Positions 34,140 to 44,532 are shown, counted from the stretch's first letter. The stretch is 64,000 nt of DNA from Oligoflexales bacterium (GCA_045106415.1 JBGCEP010000035.1:1-64000), one strand, 5' to 3'. Notes: generated from the sequence alone by a model not told the origin. Translations and numbers: made by a program.

Positions 34140-35514
34140 TATTTTTTCGTCCCCCGGTATATTGACGGATAGATTCCATTGTTTCATGAATGATTTTTGA
34201 TGCCATATTTTCAATAACATCTTGGTTTGCACCTTCAACCATTACGCGTGCTTTATGTTCTGTGCCTGAGTACCGAAATAAGACGCGTCCATGGTCACCA
34301 AGAGATTTTTCACACTCTTGGATGAGCTTTTTTAAGCTCGGAAGCTCTTGTACAGGAACTTTCTCAATAACGTCAACGTTTCTTAAAACTTGCGGCATGA
34401 GCTCCATGCATTGTTTGAGCTCATAGACGCTTTTTCCTTTTTCGATAATAATTTCGAGTAATGAAAGAGCTGCTAAAAGACCGTCACCAGTTGTAGCGCA
34501 ATCATGAAAAATAAGATGCCCAGATTGTTCACCTCCTAAGTTATAAGCTCCTTTGCGCATTTCTGCGACGACATTACGGTCGCCAACAGCTGTGCGAACG
34601 ACTCGTCCCCCAAGGTCGGAAAGACACCGGTCAAGTCCCATATTACTCATAATGGTGGCAACAAGTGTTTGCTCTGCGAGGCGTTTTTCTTCTAAGTAGT
34701 GCTGTGCACAAATCGCGAGTATTTGATCGCCGTCGACGATTTGAGCTTTATTATCTACAACGATGAGTCGGTCAGCGTCACCATCGAGAGCAATGCCTAT
34801 ATCAGCTTTATAGAGACTGACTTTTTCGACGAGGTCTTGAGGGTGTAATGCACCGCATTGATCGTTAATATTTGTTCCATCAGGTTGATTTCCGAGCACG
34901 AAGACCTCAGCGCCTAACTCTTCGAACACCTTTGGTGCAACGCGATAAGCAGCACCGTGAGCACAATCAAGCACGATGCGAAAACCTTCCAAAGTAAGAT
35001 GTTTTGGGAATTGTTCTTTTAGAAAGACTGCGTATTGGCCCATGGCGTCATCAATCCGGCGGCTTGTTCCAACAGCTCGACCTGTGGGTAAGTTTATAGC
35101 AAGATCTTTCGAGAAAACTTTCTCTGTGAGAGCAATCTCAGCGGAGTCAGGGAGTTTGTAGCCGTCGGAAGAAAAAATTTTGATACCGTTATCATAGTAA
35201 GGATTGTGCGACGCTGATAAAACAATACCGGCGCTGGCTCGCATCCCTCGTGTAAGATAGGCAATTCCTGGGGTTGGGAGAGGGCCAAGAAGAGCAGTGT
35301 CAACACCAACGCTACAAATGCCAGCCGAGAGAGCTTGCTCTAATAGATACCCGCTACGCCGTGTATCTTTACCAATAAGAACCCGTGGTTTTTGATGATT
35401 TTGTTTGAGTGAGAGACCAATGGCTTGTCCGAGTTTTAAGACCATATCAGGAGAAATTGGGTAATGGTTGGCGCGTCCACGAATACCATCTGTTCCAAAA
35501 ATTTTCTCAGCCAT
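34114..35514 (-). CDS. glmM: Phosphoglucosamine mutase
   Basis: FGTDGIRG, SASHNP, DGDADR, GGEQSGH, RYSGTE. Confidence 0.98.
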   Translation of the reverse strand: MAEKIFGTDGIRGRANHYPISPDMVLKLGQAIGLSLKQNHQKPRVLIGKDTRRSGYLLEQALSAGICSVGVDTALLGPLPTPGIAYLTRGMRASAGIVLSASHNPYYDNGIKIFSSDGYKLPDSAEIALTEKVFSKDLAINLPTGRAVGTSRRIDDAMGQYAVFLKEQFPKHLTLEGFRIVLDCAHGAAYRVAPKVFEELGAEVFVLGNQPDGTNINDQCGALHPQDLVEKVSLYKADIGIALDGDADRLIVVDNKAQIVDGDQILAICAQHYLEEKRLAEQTLVATIMSNMGLDRCLSDLGGRVVRTAVGDRNVVAEMRKGAYNLGGEQSGHLIFHDCATTGDGLLAALSLLEIIIEKGKSVYELKQCMELMPQVLRNVDVIEKVPVQELPSLKKLIQECEKSLGDHGRVLFRYSGTEHKARVMVEGANQDVIENMASKIIHETMESIRQYTGGRKNNDTPMAEN

Positions 35515-35590
35515 GTATGAACTCCATCCATTGATTTTCTAAGTGTGAATGTCTATTGAGTATTGAAAAAACTTATTTTCAATAGATCAG

Positions 35591-36544
35591 CTATTCTACA
35601 CGGGATTCGTCTAGAATTTCTACTATTGCATTTTCTGGTGTTGTTTCAATTAAAACTGTATCTGGAGGGATTTTAATTTGAATTTTTTTCTCATGTTTGC
35701 CTGGTGGTAAATCCCTGATGTCGATAAAAGCACGTAAGTCGCTGCGACGTACGAAGCTGAGGACTCCTGGAGTTCCTTGGATAATAATTGAAGCATACCG
35801 AGGGCGAACAATGACAGGCGATGTTGTTTCCACTTCAATAGGTATAGAGCGAAAACGTCTGTTGATTTTTCGGTCTCCAACACGGAGATTGACTTTGACT
35901 GTGTCGAAACCAAGTTGTAATGGAGATTTGAGTTGCGCTTCAAAACTAGCTGTTTTTTGAAGGCCAGAAATATCAATAAGATTTGTTTCAATGTGGGTTG
36001 TCGAGGCAAGTTTTGATTCCATACCTGTCACCTCCACTTCAGATGGAGTGATAGAGATTTCTGTGATCATATAACCTTCTGCAGGCACGCCTTTCAGATT
36101 TTCTTGAATGGGGATGGTGCGTTTGACTTCTTGATCAACATAAACCACTACGTAAGGATCGTGAATAGTCATTCGAACTCTTCTGTCCAGGTTTTGAAAG
36201 TATTTTTTACTAATGAGATAACGAATCTGGCCATTGCGTGTTGTTGGTATTTGAATATTTGCAGTGAGCTTATCTTGAGGTGCAAGCAGGCCTCGAGGCC
36301 CAGATAAGGTAACATCTTTGTCGCAAACGATAGAAGAAGTGACGTCTGGTTGTTCTCTGCAACCATTAACTCCTTGAATTAAATAGCCATTAGGAACTGT
36401 GATCGTAACCTTAGCGCGTTTGTTAAGCTCGAGGGTCTCCTCTCCTTGGACGCCATACCAAATCAAAGCAGAGGTGGTGAGAGCTGCAAATTTATATTGG
36501 AGATTGTGAAAAAAAAAGGATGTCATTTTGTTTTGGTGCATCAT
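35591..36544 (-). CDS. cdaR: YbbR/CdaR-like regulator of diadenylate cyclase
   Basis: N-terminal TM (NLQYKFAAL..IWY), repeated beta-rich YbbR-like units; between cdaA and glmM. Confidence 0.8.
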   Translation of the reverse strand: MMHQNKMTSFFFHNLQYKFAALTTSALIWYGVQGEETLELNKRAKVTITVPNGYLIQGVNGCREQPDVTSSIVCDKDVTLSGPRGLLAPQDKLTANIQIPTTRNGQIRYLISKKYFQNLDRRVRMTIHDPYVVVYVDQEVKRTIPIQENLKGVPAEGYMITEISITPSEVEVTGMESKLASTTHIETNLIDISGLQKTASFEAQLKSPLQLGFDTVKVNLRVGDRKINRRFRSIPIEVETTSPVIVRPRYASIIIQGTPGVLSFVRRSDLRAFIDIRDLPPGKHEKKIQIKIPPDTVLIETTPENAIVEILDESRVE

Positions 36545-36545
36545 G

Positions 36546-37382
36546 TTATTTTCCTATCCACTGTTTGCGGATACGTTCTAATATTTTTTCTGATTGAGTT
36601 GGTCTTGCTGTATCAACAGTGGCATATTCTGGTTCATCAATAAGGTGTCGGTGTAGAGATTTTTTTAATTCCGTAGCAGAGTTTTTCGTAAAGACTGTTC
36701 CGTCGACAACAATAGAATATTCTCCTGTTTCTTCTGAAACCAAAAGAACAACAGCATCAGTTTCTTGCGACATTCCAATCGCAGCTCGGTGTCGTGTTCC
36801 CATATGATTTCCTAAATTGGGGTCACGTGTTAGGGGTAAAAAACATCCCGCAGCGGATACTCGGCCTTGCTGAATAATAATGGCTCCGTCATGGATAGGG
36901 GATGTTGGATGAAAAATGGCCATGAGAAGTTCTCGAGAAATTCTTGCATCAACTAAAACACCAATATCGACATAGCGATTTAAAATAATGTTGCGCTCTA
37001 GCACAATTAGAGCGCCAACTTTTTGTGCAGCTAAAGAAAGAGTAACTCGTGTGATTTCGTCTAAAAGTTGATTGGAAGAAACTGTTTCCGAGCCAGAAAT
37101 AAGAGGTTTTTGGCCAATTCGGCTTAATGCATCACGGATATCATCTTGAAATAAAATCACAATAATAAGCATCAAAGATGATGAAAATTTATTGATGAGC
37201 CAATGCAGTGTGGTTAAAGGAAGAATGGAAGAAAGCAAAAATGTTAAAGTTACAAATCCAATTCCTGTCAGAATTTGAGCTGAGCGTGTTCCTCGAATGA
37301 GCAATAGGACGTGATAAATCAGGATTGCAATTAATAGAATATCGAGGATAGCCCATCGGTCTATCTGTTCGATAATCCACAT
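36546..37382 (-). CDS. cdaA: Diadenylate cyclase CdaA
   Basis: Three N-terminal TM helices, HDGA, GTRHRAA, VSEETG. Confidence 0.95.
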   Translation of the reverse strand: MWIIEQIDRWAILDILLIAILIYHVLLLIRGTRSAQILTGIGFVTLTFLLSSILPLTTLHWLINKFSSSLMLIIVILFQDDIRDALSRIGQKPLISGSETVSSNQLLDEITRVTLSLAAQKVGALIVLERNIILNRYVDIGVLVDARISRELLMAIFHPTSPIHDGAIIIQQGRVSAAGCFLPLTRDPNLGNHMGTRHRAAIGMSQETDAVVLLVSEETGEYSIVVDGTVFTKNSATELKKSLHRHLIDEPEYATVDTARPTQSEKILERIRKQWIGK

Positions 37383-37397
37383 GATGTACGCTCCTTA

Positions 37398-38177
37398 TTA
37401 TAGTGAGGTCTTTAACATGCTGCGAATGTTATTTAAAACTTTAACATCATGCGCACGAATCATTTGTGTACCGGCAAAAACGAGCCCTATCTCAAGCATT
37501 CGACTCGAAGAATCCCTTTTGATGGGGTCTTCAATATTTAGGACATGGCCGAGCCAAGATTTTCGAGATATCCCAGTAACTATTTGATATTGAGATGAAT
37601 GTTTTTTGGTCGCTGCCATAAGGTGCGTTTGTGCGGAAATATCTTTTCCAAATCCGTAGCCTGGGTCTAACCAAATTTTTCCTGGTGAGAATCCTGCCGA
37701 GTGCAAATTTTTCCATGATTTTGCATAGAATAATTCTATCGAATTTAGAACAGCAGATCCAGATAAAGGTTTTTGCTGCATTGTGGCAGAACAGCCGTGA
37801 CGGTGCATGGCGATATAATGTGTGCCGTGCTTGGCTAGGGTTGTGAGTGTTTCTGTATCAACGGTACCGTTGGTGCAGTTGATCATGCCGACCCCATAGT
37901 CGAGAGCTCTTTTCATAATAATGGGGTTTGCTGTATCTATACTGATAGAAGCAGTGCTGAGGGTTGCTAAGACAGGTTGAAGCCGCCCCCACTCTTCTTC
38001 AGTGGAGAGAGCTTTAGAGCCAGGGCGTGTGGATTCAGCGCCAATATCAATCCAGTCAGCACCTTGTTCTAAAAGTTCATCCGCACGAGCTTTTGCGGTG
38101 TCTTGAGATGTGTAAAAACCCCCGTCAGAAAATGAGTCGGGGGTTATATTTAGAATTCCGAGAATTCGAAAGGTCAT
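37398..38177 (-). CDS. folP: Dihydropteroate synthase
   Basis: GILNITPDSFSDGG, DIGAESTRPG, DPGYGFGK, SRKS, RAHDV. Confidence 0.96.
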   Translation of the reverse strand: MTFRILGILNITPDSFSDGGFYTSQDTAKARADELLEQGADWIDIGAESTRPGSKALSTEEEWGRLQPVLATLSTASISIDTANPIIMKRALDYGVGMINCTNGTVDTETLTTLAKHGTHYIAMHRHGCSATMQQKPLSGSAVLNSIELFYAKSWKNLHSAGFSPGKIWLDPGYGFGKDISAQTHLMAATKKHSSQYQIVTGISRKSWLGHVLNIEDPIKRDSSSRMLEIGLVFAGTQMIRAHDVKVLNNIRSMLKTSL

Positions 38178-40117
38178 GAAGGTTGAGGCTCCGGGTTAAG
38201 AGGTGCTTCATCGATATCACGGCCTTCTTCTCGCCAAACTCGACTTGCTTCGAGTCTTTGCGCATAAGCTTTAGAGTCTTCTTCAGAAACGATGTTTTCA
38301 CCATTTAAGACCATGTTCATTTCTTTTGCGTCGAGAGTTTCTTTGATGAGTAAGGCTTCTGCTATTTTTTCGAGCTCACTCTTGTACTCTTTGAGTGTGT
38401 TCATTGCTTTATCATAGCCTTCTTTGAGAAGACGTTGGACCTCAGCATCAACTAATTGAGATGTTTGCTCAGAACACTCGTCGCCAGAAGATGTTCCGCG
38501 ACCGACAAAAACTTCTTCTCCATCTCGACGGCCAATTGCAACTGGGCCAATGGTTTCACTCATGCCCCATTGGCAGATCATTTTTCTTGCGATGTCGGTT
38601 GCTTGTCTAATATCGTCGCCTGCACCAGTTGTGTGTTCTTGGAATATAAGTTCTTCAGCTGCTCTGCCACCCATTGCGTATGCGATACGACCTTCAGCGT
38701 ATTCTTTGCTCATCGTGAAACGCTCTGATTCAGGAAGCATAATTGTAACCCCTAATGCGCGTCCACGTGGAATAATGCTGACTTTATGGACTGGGTCGAG
38801 AGCTTTTTGTTTGAGGCCCACGAGAGCATGTCCTGCTTCATGATAGGCTGTGCTGCGTTTTTCGTCTTCGCTCATGATCATGGATCTACGTTCTGCGCCC
38901 ATAATGACTTTGTCTTTTGCGAGCTCAAAATGGTTCATAGAGACTTCTGTACAGTTTTTACGAGCAGCTATAAGAGCAGATTCGTTAATGAGATTTTCAA
39001 GGTCAGCACCTGTGAACCCAGGTGTTCCTTGAGCGATTTTTGCAATATCAACATCATTCGCCATGGGTGTTTTGCGGCTATGTACTTTAAGAATGGCTTT
39101 GCGACCCTTGATGTCAGGGGCGGGCACATGAACTCTTCTATCAAAACGACCTGGGCGTAAAAGCGCTGGATCAAGAACATCTGCTCGGTTTGTAGCTGCC
39201 ACAACAATCACACCTTCGTTGGCGTCAAATCCATCCATCTCCACGAGAAGCTGGTTTAGAGTCTGTTCTCGTTCATCGTGTCCGCCACCCATTCCGGCAC
39301 CACGGTGGCGACCGACAGCATCAATCTCATCTATGAAAACGATACAAGGAGCATTCTTTTTTGCTTGTTCAAAAAGATCTCGAACACGACTGGCGCCGAC
39401 CCCAACAAACATTTCTACAAAATCAGAACCTGAAATACTGAAAAAAGGAACTTCAGCTTCTCCTGCAACACCTTTTGCGAGAATTGTTTTTCCGGTACCT
39501 GGGCCACCGACCAATAAAACACCTTTAGGAATTCGACCTCCTAATTTTGTGAATTTTTTGGGTTCTCTCAAGAATTCAATGATTTCTTGAAGCTCTTGTT
39601 TGGCTTCGTCAATACCAGCGATATCAGAAAATGTGACTTTTGGTTTGTGGTCTGTAGTGAGCCTTGCGCGGCTTTTGCCGAAAGACATAGCGCGTCCACC
39701 ACCAGCCTGTAAAGATCTCATAAAGAAAATAAAAATCCCAAGAATAAGCAGCATAGGGACAGCTTGAATTAGTGCAGATTTCCACCAACTGAGCTGATCT
39801 GGGCTCTCGAAGTTAAGGACAATACTGTGGTCGGATAGATATTTCCGGGTATCGACATCATTGGGTACGTATGTATGAACCTTACTTCTATCAACCCGAA
39901 CACCTGTTAAGGTGTTTTCTTTGAAAGAAGCTTCAATGATTTTATCAGGGCTACTGGAAGGAAGTTCAATCGCGCTTTGAAATTCAGAGTAAGTGATTTC
40001 AGAAACTTCGTCTATTTCAGGGCTCAGCATGTGCATGAGGCTAAAAAACATAAGAATGACGACGACAAGTGCGACGGCCTTCATGTTCTGAGACTGGTGT
40101 GGGGGCTTCATCGACAT
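38174..40117 (-). CDS. ftsH: ATP-dependent zinc metalloprotease FtsH
   Basis: Two TM helices, [32 protein letters not shown] 40117 with AGAGGAG RBS. Confidence 0.99.
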   Translation of the reverse strand: MSMKPPHQSQNMKAVALVVVILMFFSLMHMLSPEIDEVSEITYSEFQSAIELPSSSPDKIIEASFKENTLTGVRVDRSKVHTYVPNDVDTRKYLSDHSIVLNFESPDQLSWWKSALIQAVPMLLILGIFIFFMRSLQAGGGRAMSFGKSRARLTTDHKPKVTFSDIAGIDEAKQELQEIIEFLREPKKFTKLGGRIPKGVLLVGGPGTGKTILAKGVAGEAEVPFFSISGSDFVEMFVGVGASRVRDLFEQAKKNAPCIVFIDEIDAVGRHRGAGMGGGHDEREQTLNQLLVEMDGFDANEGVIVVAATNRADVLDPALLRPGRFDRRVHVPAPDIKGRKAILKVHSRKTPMANDVDIAKIAQGTPGFTGADLENLINESALIAARKNCTEVSMNHFELAKDKVIMGAERRSMIMSEDEKRSTAYHEAGHALVGLKQKALDPVHKVSIIPRGRALGVTIMLPESERFTMSKEYAEGRIAYAMGGRAAEELIFQEHTTGAGDDIRQATDIARKMICQWGMSETIGPVAIGRRDGEEVFVGRGTSSGDECSEQTSQLVDAEVQRLLKEGYDKAMNTLKEYKSELEKIAEALLIKETLDAKEMNMVLNGENIVSEEDSKAYAQRLEASRVWREEGRDIDEAPLNPEPQPS

Positions 40118-40492
40118 TAGAACTCCTCTATTTGCTACCACTGAATGTTAGCAACTTGTTTGACTCGTCAGGAAGTTAATCCTGATGAAAATATACCGTA
40201 TCTTTTTTTCGGTCGTCTTCTTTCAAACCTAAAGATATCCGTTGGAAGAATATGACTCAACTTTATGCTGCTTAAAGTAAATCATTTTCTGAGTTTTGAT
40301 GACACGCTTTTGATAAATCTATGTGATTTATCAACGGGAATTCGTTTGTAAACTTGAATCTCATGAAAAAGATCATTGAATTCAGTGTGAACGAATACTT
40401 GTAAACAAGTGCCTGCAAATCAAAACCAACACTATGGTTAATATAGATGCTTGATACTCTCAAGTAAAACCTTAAAAGAAGTGAAAGTTGTT

Positions 40493-41416
40493 TTAAAGAA
40501 GAGTCAATGTTTTATTTTTGATGATGCATCTTTTTTGATCTGGACGAGTCCAGCAACTTTGCTTATTTTTGAGGAGAGCAGCATGCATCTGATCGAGTAT
40601 TTTTTCGGAGAGCCATTGTTCCTGAGGGCTCACGATAGCGCTGATAATTTCTCTCGCGACAGACGGCGGTGCTGAACGGATCTCATCAACATGAATGGAT
40701 GTTCTTCCTTTATACGGAGCTCGCACCCAATCGCATATTTCTTGTGCTTGCTGTGCAGTTCGAGCAATACGCTTGCTTGCCCCAGGGTGCATTTTTTCTA
40801 ATTTTGGTAGAATTTGATGTCGAATAACATTTCTTGTGTAGTCGTCTTTTTGGTTGCTACTGTCTTCTCGATAATTTTGCTGATGAAGTTGAAGGTAGCT
40901 CAAGAGATCTTGTTTGCTGAGCTTTAAGAGGGGCCTCCAGTAAGGTGGGCTATAGGTTCGAAGGCCAGCCATATGACCAGCACTCGTTCCTCGACTTAGT
41001 CTTAATAAAGTGTTTTCTGCAATATCATTGCGATGGTGTGCAAGAGCGATAACCCAACCTTGTTGAGCCCATTCTTGAAACCACTGTCTTCTAACTGCAC
41101 GTGCCCAGGCCTGTATATTGCTTTTTGGAGGGGGTGATGCTTTTAAAATATGAGCTTCAACTTTATTTTGAAACGCAAAATCTTTGATGAAATCCTCATC
41201 CTCATCAGACTCTAAACCTCGAAGTTGGTAGTTTACGTGCAAAATACAAATTTTTTTTATGTGCTCGTTGTGTTGAAGTTTGAGAATCCGATGAGCAAGA
41301 CTGATAGAGTCAGCTCCTCCAGAGCAAGCGATTGCAATATGCTGAAAAGATGTCTTAATTTTTAATTCAAACAAAGAGTTTGAGGAATGTGAAATTTCTT
41401 TTTGGCTCAATTTCAA
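40493..41416 (-). CDS. tilS: tRNA(Ile)-lysidine synthetase (short form)
   Basis: ACSGGADS PP-loop, AHHRND, RPLL, EDSSN, RNVIR. Confidence 0.93.
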   Translation of the reverse strand: MKLSQKEISHSSNSLFELKIKTSFQHIAIACSGGADSISLAHRILKLQHNEHIKKICILHVNYQLRGLESDEDEDFIKDFAFQNKVEAHILKASPPPKSNIQAWARAVRRQWFQEWAQQGWVIALAHHRNDIAENTLLRLSRGTSAGHMAGLRTYSPPYWRPLLKLSKQDLLSYLQLHQQNYREDSSNQKDDYTRNVIRHQILPKLEKMHPGASKRIARTAQQAQEICDWVRAPYKGRTSIHVDEIRSAPPSVAREIISAIVSPQEQWLSEKILDQMHAALLKNKQSCWTRPDQKRCIIKNKTLTLL

Positions 41417-41470
41417 AAGTCTCTTTTGGTGAAAAGTAAAGTCTTCTTTTAATAAAGATACAAAAAAAAT

Positions 41471-41497
41471 TTATGCATCTAACCAAAGTGTCGATGT
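41471..41497 (+). promoter_or_regulatory. Candidate sigma28 (FliA) promoter of the flagellin pair
   Basis: TTAT-N15-GTCGATGT versus consensus TAAA-N15-GCCGATAA. Confidence 0.5.
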
Positions 41498-41578
41498 CTA
41501 AAGGGCAAGTTCCAGGTGGAACATGCGCCCGGGAATTTACCACGGGGAACAAAAAGAACCAAGGATCGGAGGTCTAAG

Positions 41579-42460
41579 ATGGGAATGCGTATTCGCACCA
41601 ATGTTGAGAGCATGAGAGCTCAACGTCATTTGTCTAACAACAACCAAGCAATGGGCAATAGCCTGGAGAAATTATCTTCAGGGTATCGAATTAACAAGTC
41701 AGCAGATGATGCGGCGGGTCTTGCTGTATCTGAAAACATGCGAGGCAAGATTAGAGGTTTAAGCCAAGCAAAAAGAAACGCAATGGATGCAAACTCAATG
41801 CTGCAAGTTGCAGAAGGTGCGATGAATGAGATGACGAACATCTTTGTCCGCATGAGAGAACTCACTGTTCAAGCAGCGACTGATACTCTTGGAGATCGAG
41901 ATCGTTCGTTTTTGAATAAAGAATATACACAACTTGCATCGGAAATTGACCGAATTGCCCAGACGACAGAGTTTAATGAAAATAAGTTTTTCGTATCTGA
42001 CGATGATCGAACTCACTACACAATTCAAGTTGGTACAAATGGTACACCTGTTGATGCCAATATGGACACACTATCGATTGATTTGTCTGGATTAAAATTT
42101 ACGACAGAAGATTTAGGTATTGGTAAAGGTGCTGAGATTGGGCCGGACATTGATGATTTGTCTTCAGCTCCAGCTCGAGATGAAATTGCAGATAAGTTAG
42201 GTGTTTTAGATAAAGCGTTAGGCCGAATTGCTTCAGAGCGCTCTACATTAGGTGCTTTGCAGAGTCGTCTAGGCTCAACTGTGAACAATCTATCTATTTC
42301 TATCGAGAACTTAGGGACTGCAAGAAGTCGTATTAAAGATGTCGATTTTGCGAAAGAAACAGCTGAGTTAGCGTCTAATAGAATGATGACTCAATCAAGT
42401 CTTTCTGTGCTCTCACAAGCTAACACAATTCCAGATATGGCTCTCAACCTTCTTCGATAA
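41579..42460 (+). CDS. fliC: Flagellin (short, minimal variable domain)
   Basis: MGMRIRTNV, LSSGYRINKSADDAAGLA, RSRIKDVDFA; GGAGG RBS before ATG 41579. Confidence 0.97.
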   Translation: MGMRIRTNVESMRAQRHLSNNNQAMGNSLEKLSSGYRINKSADDAAGLAVSENMRGKIRGLSQAKRNAMDANSMLQVAEGAMNEMTNIFVRMRELTVQAATDTLGDRDRSFLNKEYTQLASEIDRIAQTTEFNENKFFVSDDDRTHYTIQVGTNGTPVDANMDTLSIDLSGLKFTTEDLGIGKGAEIGPDIDDLSSAPARDEIADKLGVLDKALGRIASERSTLGALQSRLGSTVNNLSISIENLGTARSRIKDVDFAKETAELASNRMMTQSSLSVLSQANTIPDMALNLLR

Positions 42461-42488
42461 GAAGAGTTGATGATAAAGGAGGATACTT

Positions 42489-43415
42489 ATGGGCTTACAT
42501 ATTAAGACCAACATGGTTGCAGCAAAAACACAAAGACAGTTCGCGATGTCGAATAAGAAGCTCGAAGATTCGATGGAAAGATTGTCTTCAGGACAAAGAA
42601 TTAATAAATCTGCAGATGATGCAGCGGGTTTGGCGGTTTCTGAGCGTTTAAGGTCAAGAATTCGTTCTCTTGATGTTGCGAAAAGAAACGCAAGTGATGG
42701 TGTGAGTTATATTCAAACTGCCGAAGGTGGTTTGAATGAAATTACCAACATTACAATTCGTCTTCGTGAACTGACGTCGCAGGCTGCATCGGATACGCTA
42801 GGCAATAGAGAGCGTTCGTTTTTGGATAAAGAGTTTCAACAGCTCCGCCAAGAAGTTAAGAGAATTGTTGATACAACGGAATTTAATGGTACTAAGGTTC
42901 TTTCTTCTGAAGACGCTGAGTCTGAAGGAAATATTCAAATCTTTGTTGGTGCCTCAAACAGAGGGAATGACATAGAGGGAAATACTCCAGAGTTTGACGA
43001 TAACGATCCAGATGTTTTAAATATTGATTTATCTGATCTCCAAAAACTCAACGATGCGATTGGGCGTGTGACCGAAGAAGATATTTCTATTATTCCTCCA
43101 AGCAGTGATGGTGGGGCGCAAGACTTAGGCCCAACAGGAACCCATGACTTGATGAATAGGTTGGATAATGCAGTGAATTCAATCTCTTCGTATAGGGCGA
43201 CTTTAGGTTCTGTACAGGCACGATTGAATTCAACAATTGCAAATATCGAGGTGTCATCTGAAAACTTGAGTGCTGCTCGTAGTCGAATTGTAGATGTTGA
43301 CTACGCTGGAGAAACAGCCGAGTTTACGAAAGCTCAGATTCTTACAAGAGCTGGTTTGTCGGTGCAATCTCATGCGAATTCTTATCCAGAAATGGTTTTA
43401 TCTTTGCTCAGATAA
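42489..43415 (+). CDS. fliC: Flagellin paralog 2
   Basis: LSSGQRINKSADDAAGLA, RSRIVDVDYA; AAGGAGG RBS. Confidence 0.97.
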   Translation: MGLHIKTNMVAAKTQRQFAMSNKKLEDSMERLSSGQRINKSADDAAGLAVSERLRSRIRSLDVAKRNASDGVSYIQTAEGGLNEITNITIRLRELTSQAASDTLGNRERSFLDKEFQQLRQEVKRIVDTTEFNGTKVLSSEDAESEGNIQIFVGASNRGNDIEGNTPEFDDNDPDVLNIDLSDLQKLNDAIGRVTEEDISIIPPSSDGGAQDLGPTGTHDLMNRLDNAVNSISSYRATLGSVQARLNSTIANIEVSSENLSAARSRIVDVDYAGETAEFTKAQILTRAGLSVQSHANSYPEMVLSLLR

Positions 43416-44062
43416 AAAAACAGCAATGGTATCAAAAAAAACCAAGACCACCCCTTTAAGGGGTGGTTTTTTGTTCCAATACCACAACCAGGAGGAAGTT
43501 GAGGATTTTCTCCATTATTGGGATATAAGCGGTTAATGACAGCTTCGTCATCAATACTGAGGGCAAATGTATTGCTCTCAATTTGATAGCTCATAATAGA
43601 TTCTGGAACCATAGAGTGCCCTAAGCCTAAGCAGTGTCCAATTTCATGTAAAATTGTTTTCGCTGTGGCAAGGCTCATATCTTTTGCTTCCACCACAGCT
43701 GTGCAGTGAAGAGGTTCGCCTGTGAGAGAATCGATCTTATCAAAAGTTGCATACCCAGAAGAAAAGTCTCCTGTTGATGCTTCCTGGAGCTGAATTGTGA
43801 TGGGAGAAGGAGTACTCTGATGCAAGAGTCTAAGTCGGCTGCCATCAATACTTCCCCATAAAGCAGCAGCAACTTGTACTGTTGGAGTATAGAACGATAC
43901 TAAGTTCGTATTTCCTTCAATATTATAGAGTATTCCTTGGGGGTATTTCTCGAGGTTCCAAGCTAGAGGGTTTCCGCTAAAATCGACAGGAGTGGGATAC
44001 GCGTAGACTTGAAAACTTAAGAAAGAACCCATGAAAATCCAACCCAAAAAGGGTAGTGCCAA
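43382..44062 (-). CDS. Matrixin-like (metzincin) zinc metalloprotease with C-terminal membrane/sorting tail
   Basis: HEIGHCLGLGHS zinc motif and Met-turn SIMSY; likely signal peptide (start TTG 44062 or ATG 44032); tail PGCG...WSWFFLIPLLFFYLSKDK. Confidence 0.85.
   Translation of the reverse strand: MALPFLGWIFMGSFLSFQVYAYPTPVDFSGNPLAWNLEKYPQGILYNIEGNTNLVSFYTPTVQVAAALWGSIDGSRLRLLHQSTPSPITIQLQEASTGDFSSGYATFDKIDSLTGEPLHCTAVVEAKDMSLATAKTILHEIGHCLGLGHSMVPESIMSYQIESNTFALSIDDEAVINRLYPNNGENPQLPPGCGIGTKNHPLKGWSWFFLIPLLFFYLSKDKTISG
43447..43475 (+). terminator. Intrinsic terminator of the flagellin operon
   Basis: ACCACCCC-TTTAA-GGGGTGGT hairpin followed by TTTTTGTT. Confidence 0.8.
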
Positions 44063-44532
44063 ACTGTAATTCTTTCTGGTGTGACATAAAAATGTGTTGT
44101 CATATCGACCCGAAGGCTCCAGGCAAGCTGAAACCCCCATGTTGTTTCGAGGACAGCACCTCCGGTGGAAAGTCCTACTCCAGATTGAAAGAAAGGATGA
44201 AAAGGCCATCGTGTATCTCCAATGGGAAAACGTTTGCTTATTAAGGCTCCAACGAGAGGGTAGGATCCCGCAAGTAAAAAGCTATTGCCAAAAATAGAGT
44301 ACTCATAATTTTTATGTGCTAGTCGAGCCACTGGAGCAAATTGTCCCCCTGCATTTGGAGCATAGGCATCGACTTGAATGGTCATGACAGTGTCAGAAGG
44401 GAGTTGAGAAAGATTATATAAAGCGCCTACTACTAAGTATGGGGCTGCAGCGGTTATTGTTCTGTGTGGTGGTATAGGGTTTGCGGTTGCTTTAAAATGA
44501 TACAAAAAAAAGAGGATCCATGTGTTTTTCAT
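44017..44532 (-). CDS. Secreted hypothetical protein, probable small outer-membrane beta-barrel
   Basis: Signal-like N-terminus, alternating aromatic/hydrophobic strands, ends WVGFSWVLS; ATGA overlap with upstream gene. Confidence 0.55.
   Translation of the reverse strand: MKNTWILFFLYHFKATANPIPPHRTITAAAPYLVVGALYNLSQLPSDTVMTIQVDAYAPNAGGQFAPVARLAHKNYEYSIFGNSFLLAGSYPLVGALISKRFPIGDTRWPFHPFFQSGVGLSTGGAVLETTWGFQLAWSLRVDMTTHFYVTPERITVWHYPFWVGFSWVLS

Noticed and set aside
40272..40463. 63-aa ORF between tilS and ftsH, where hpt often lies
   Set aside because: TTG start, no RBS, no phosphoribosyltransferase motif; probably a non-coding promoter region, though a small protein cannot be excluded
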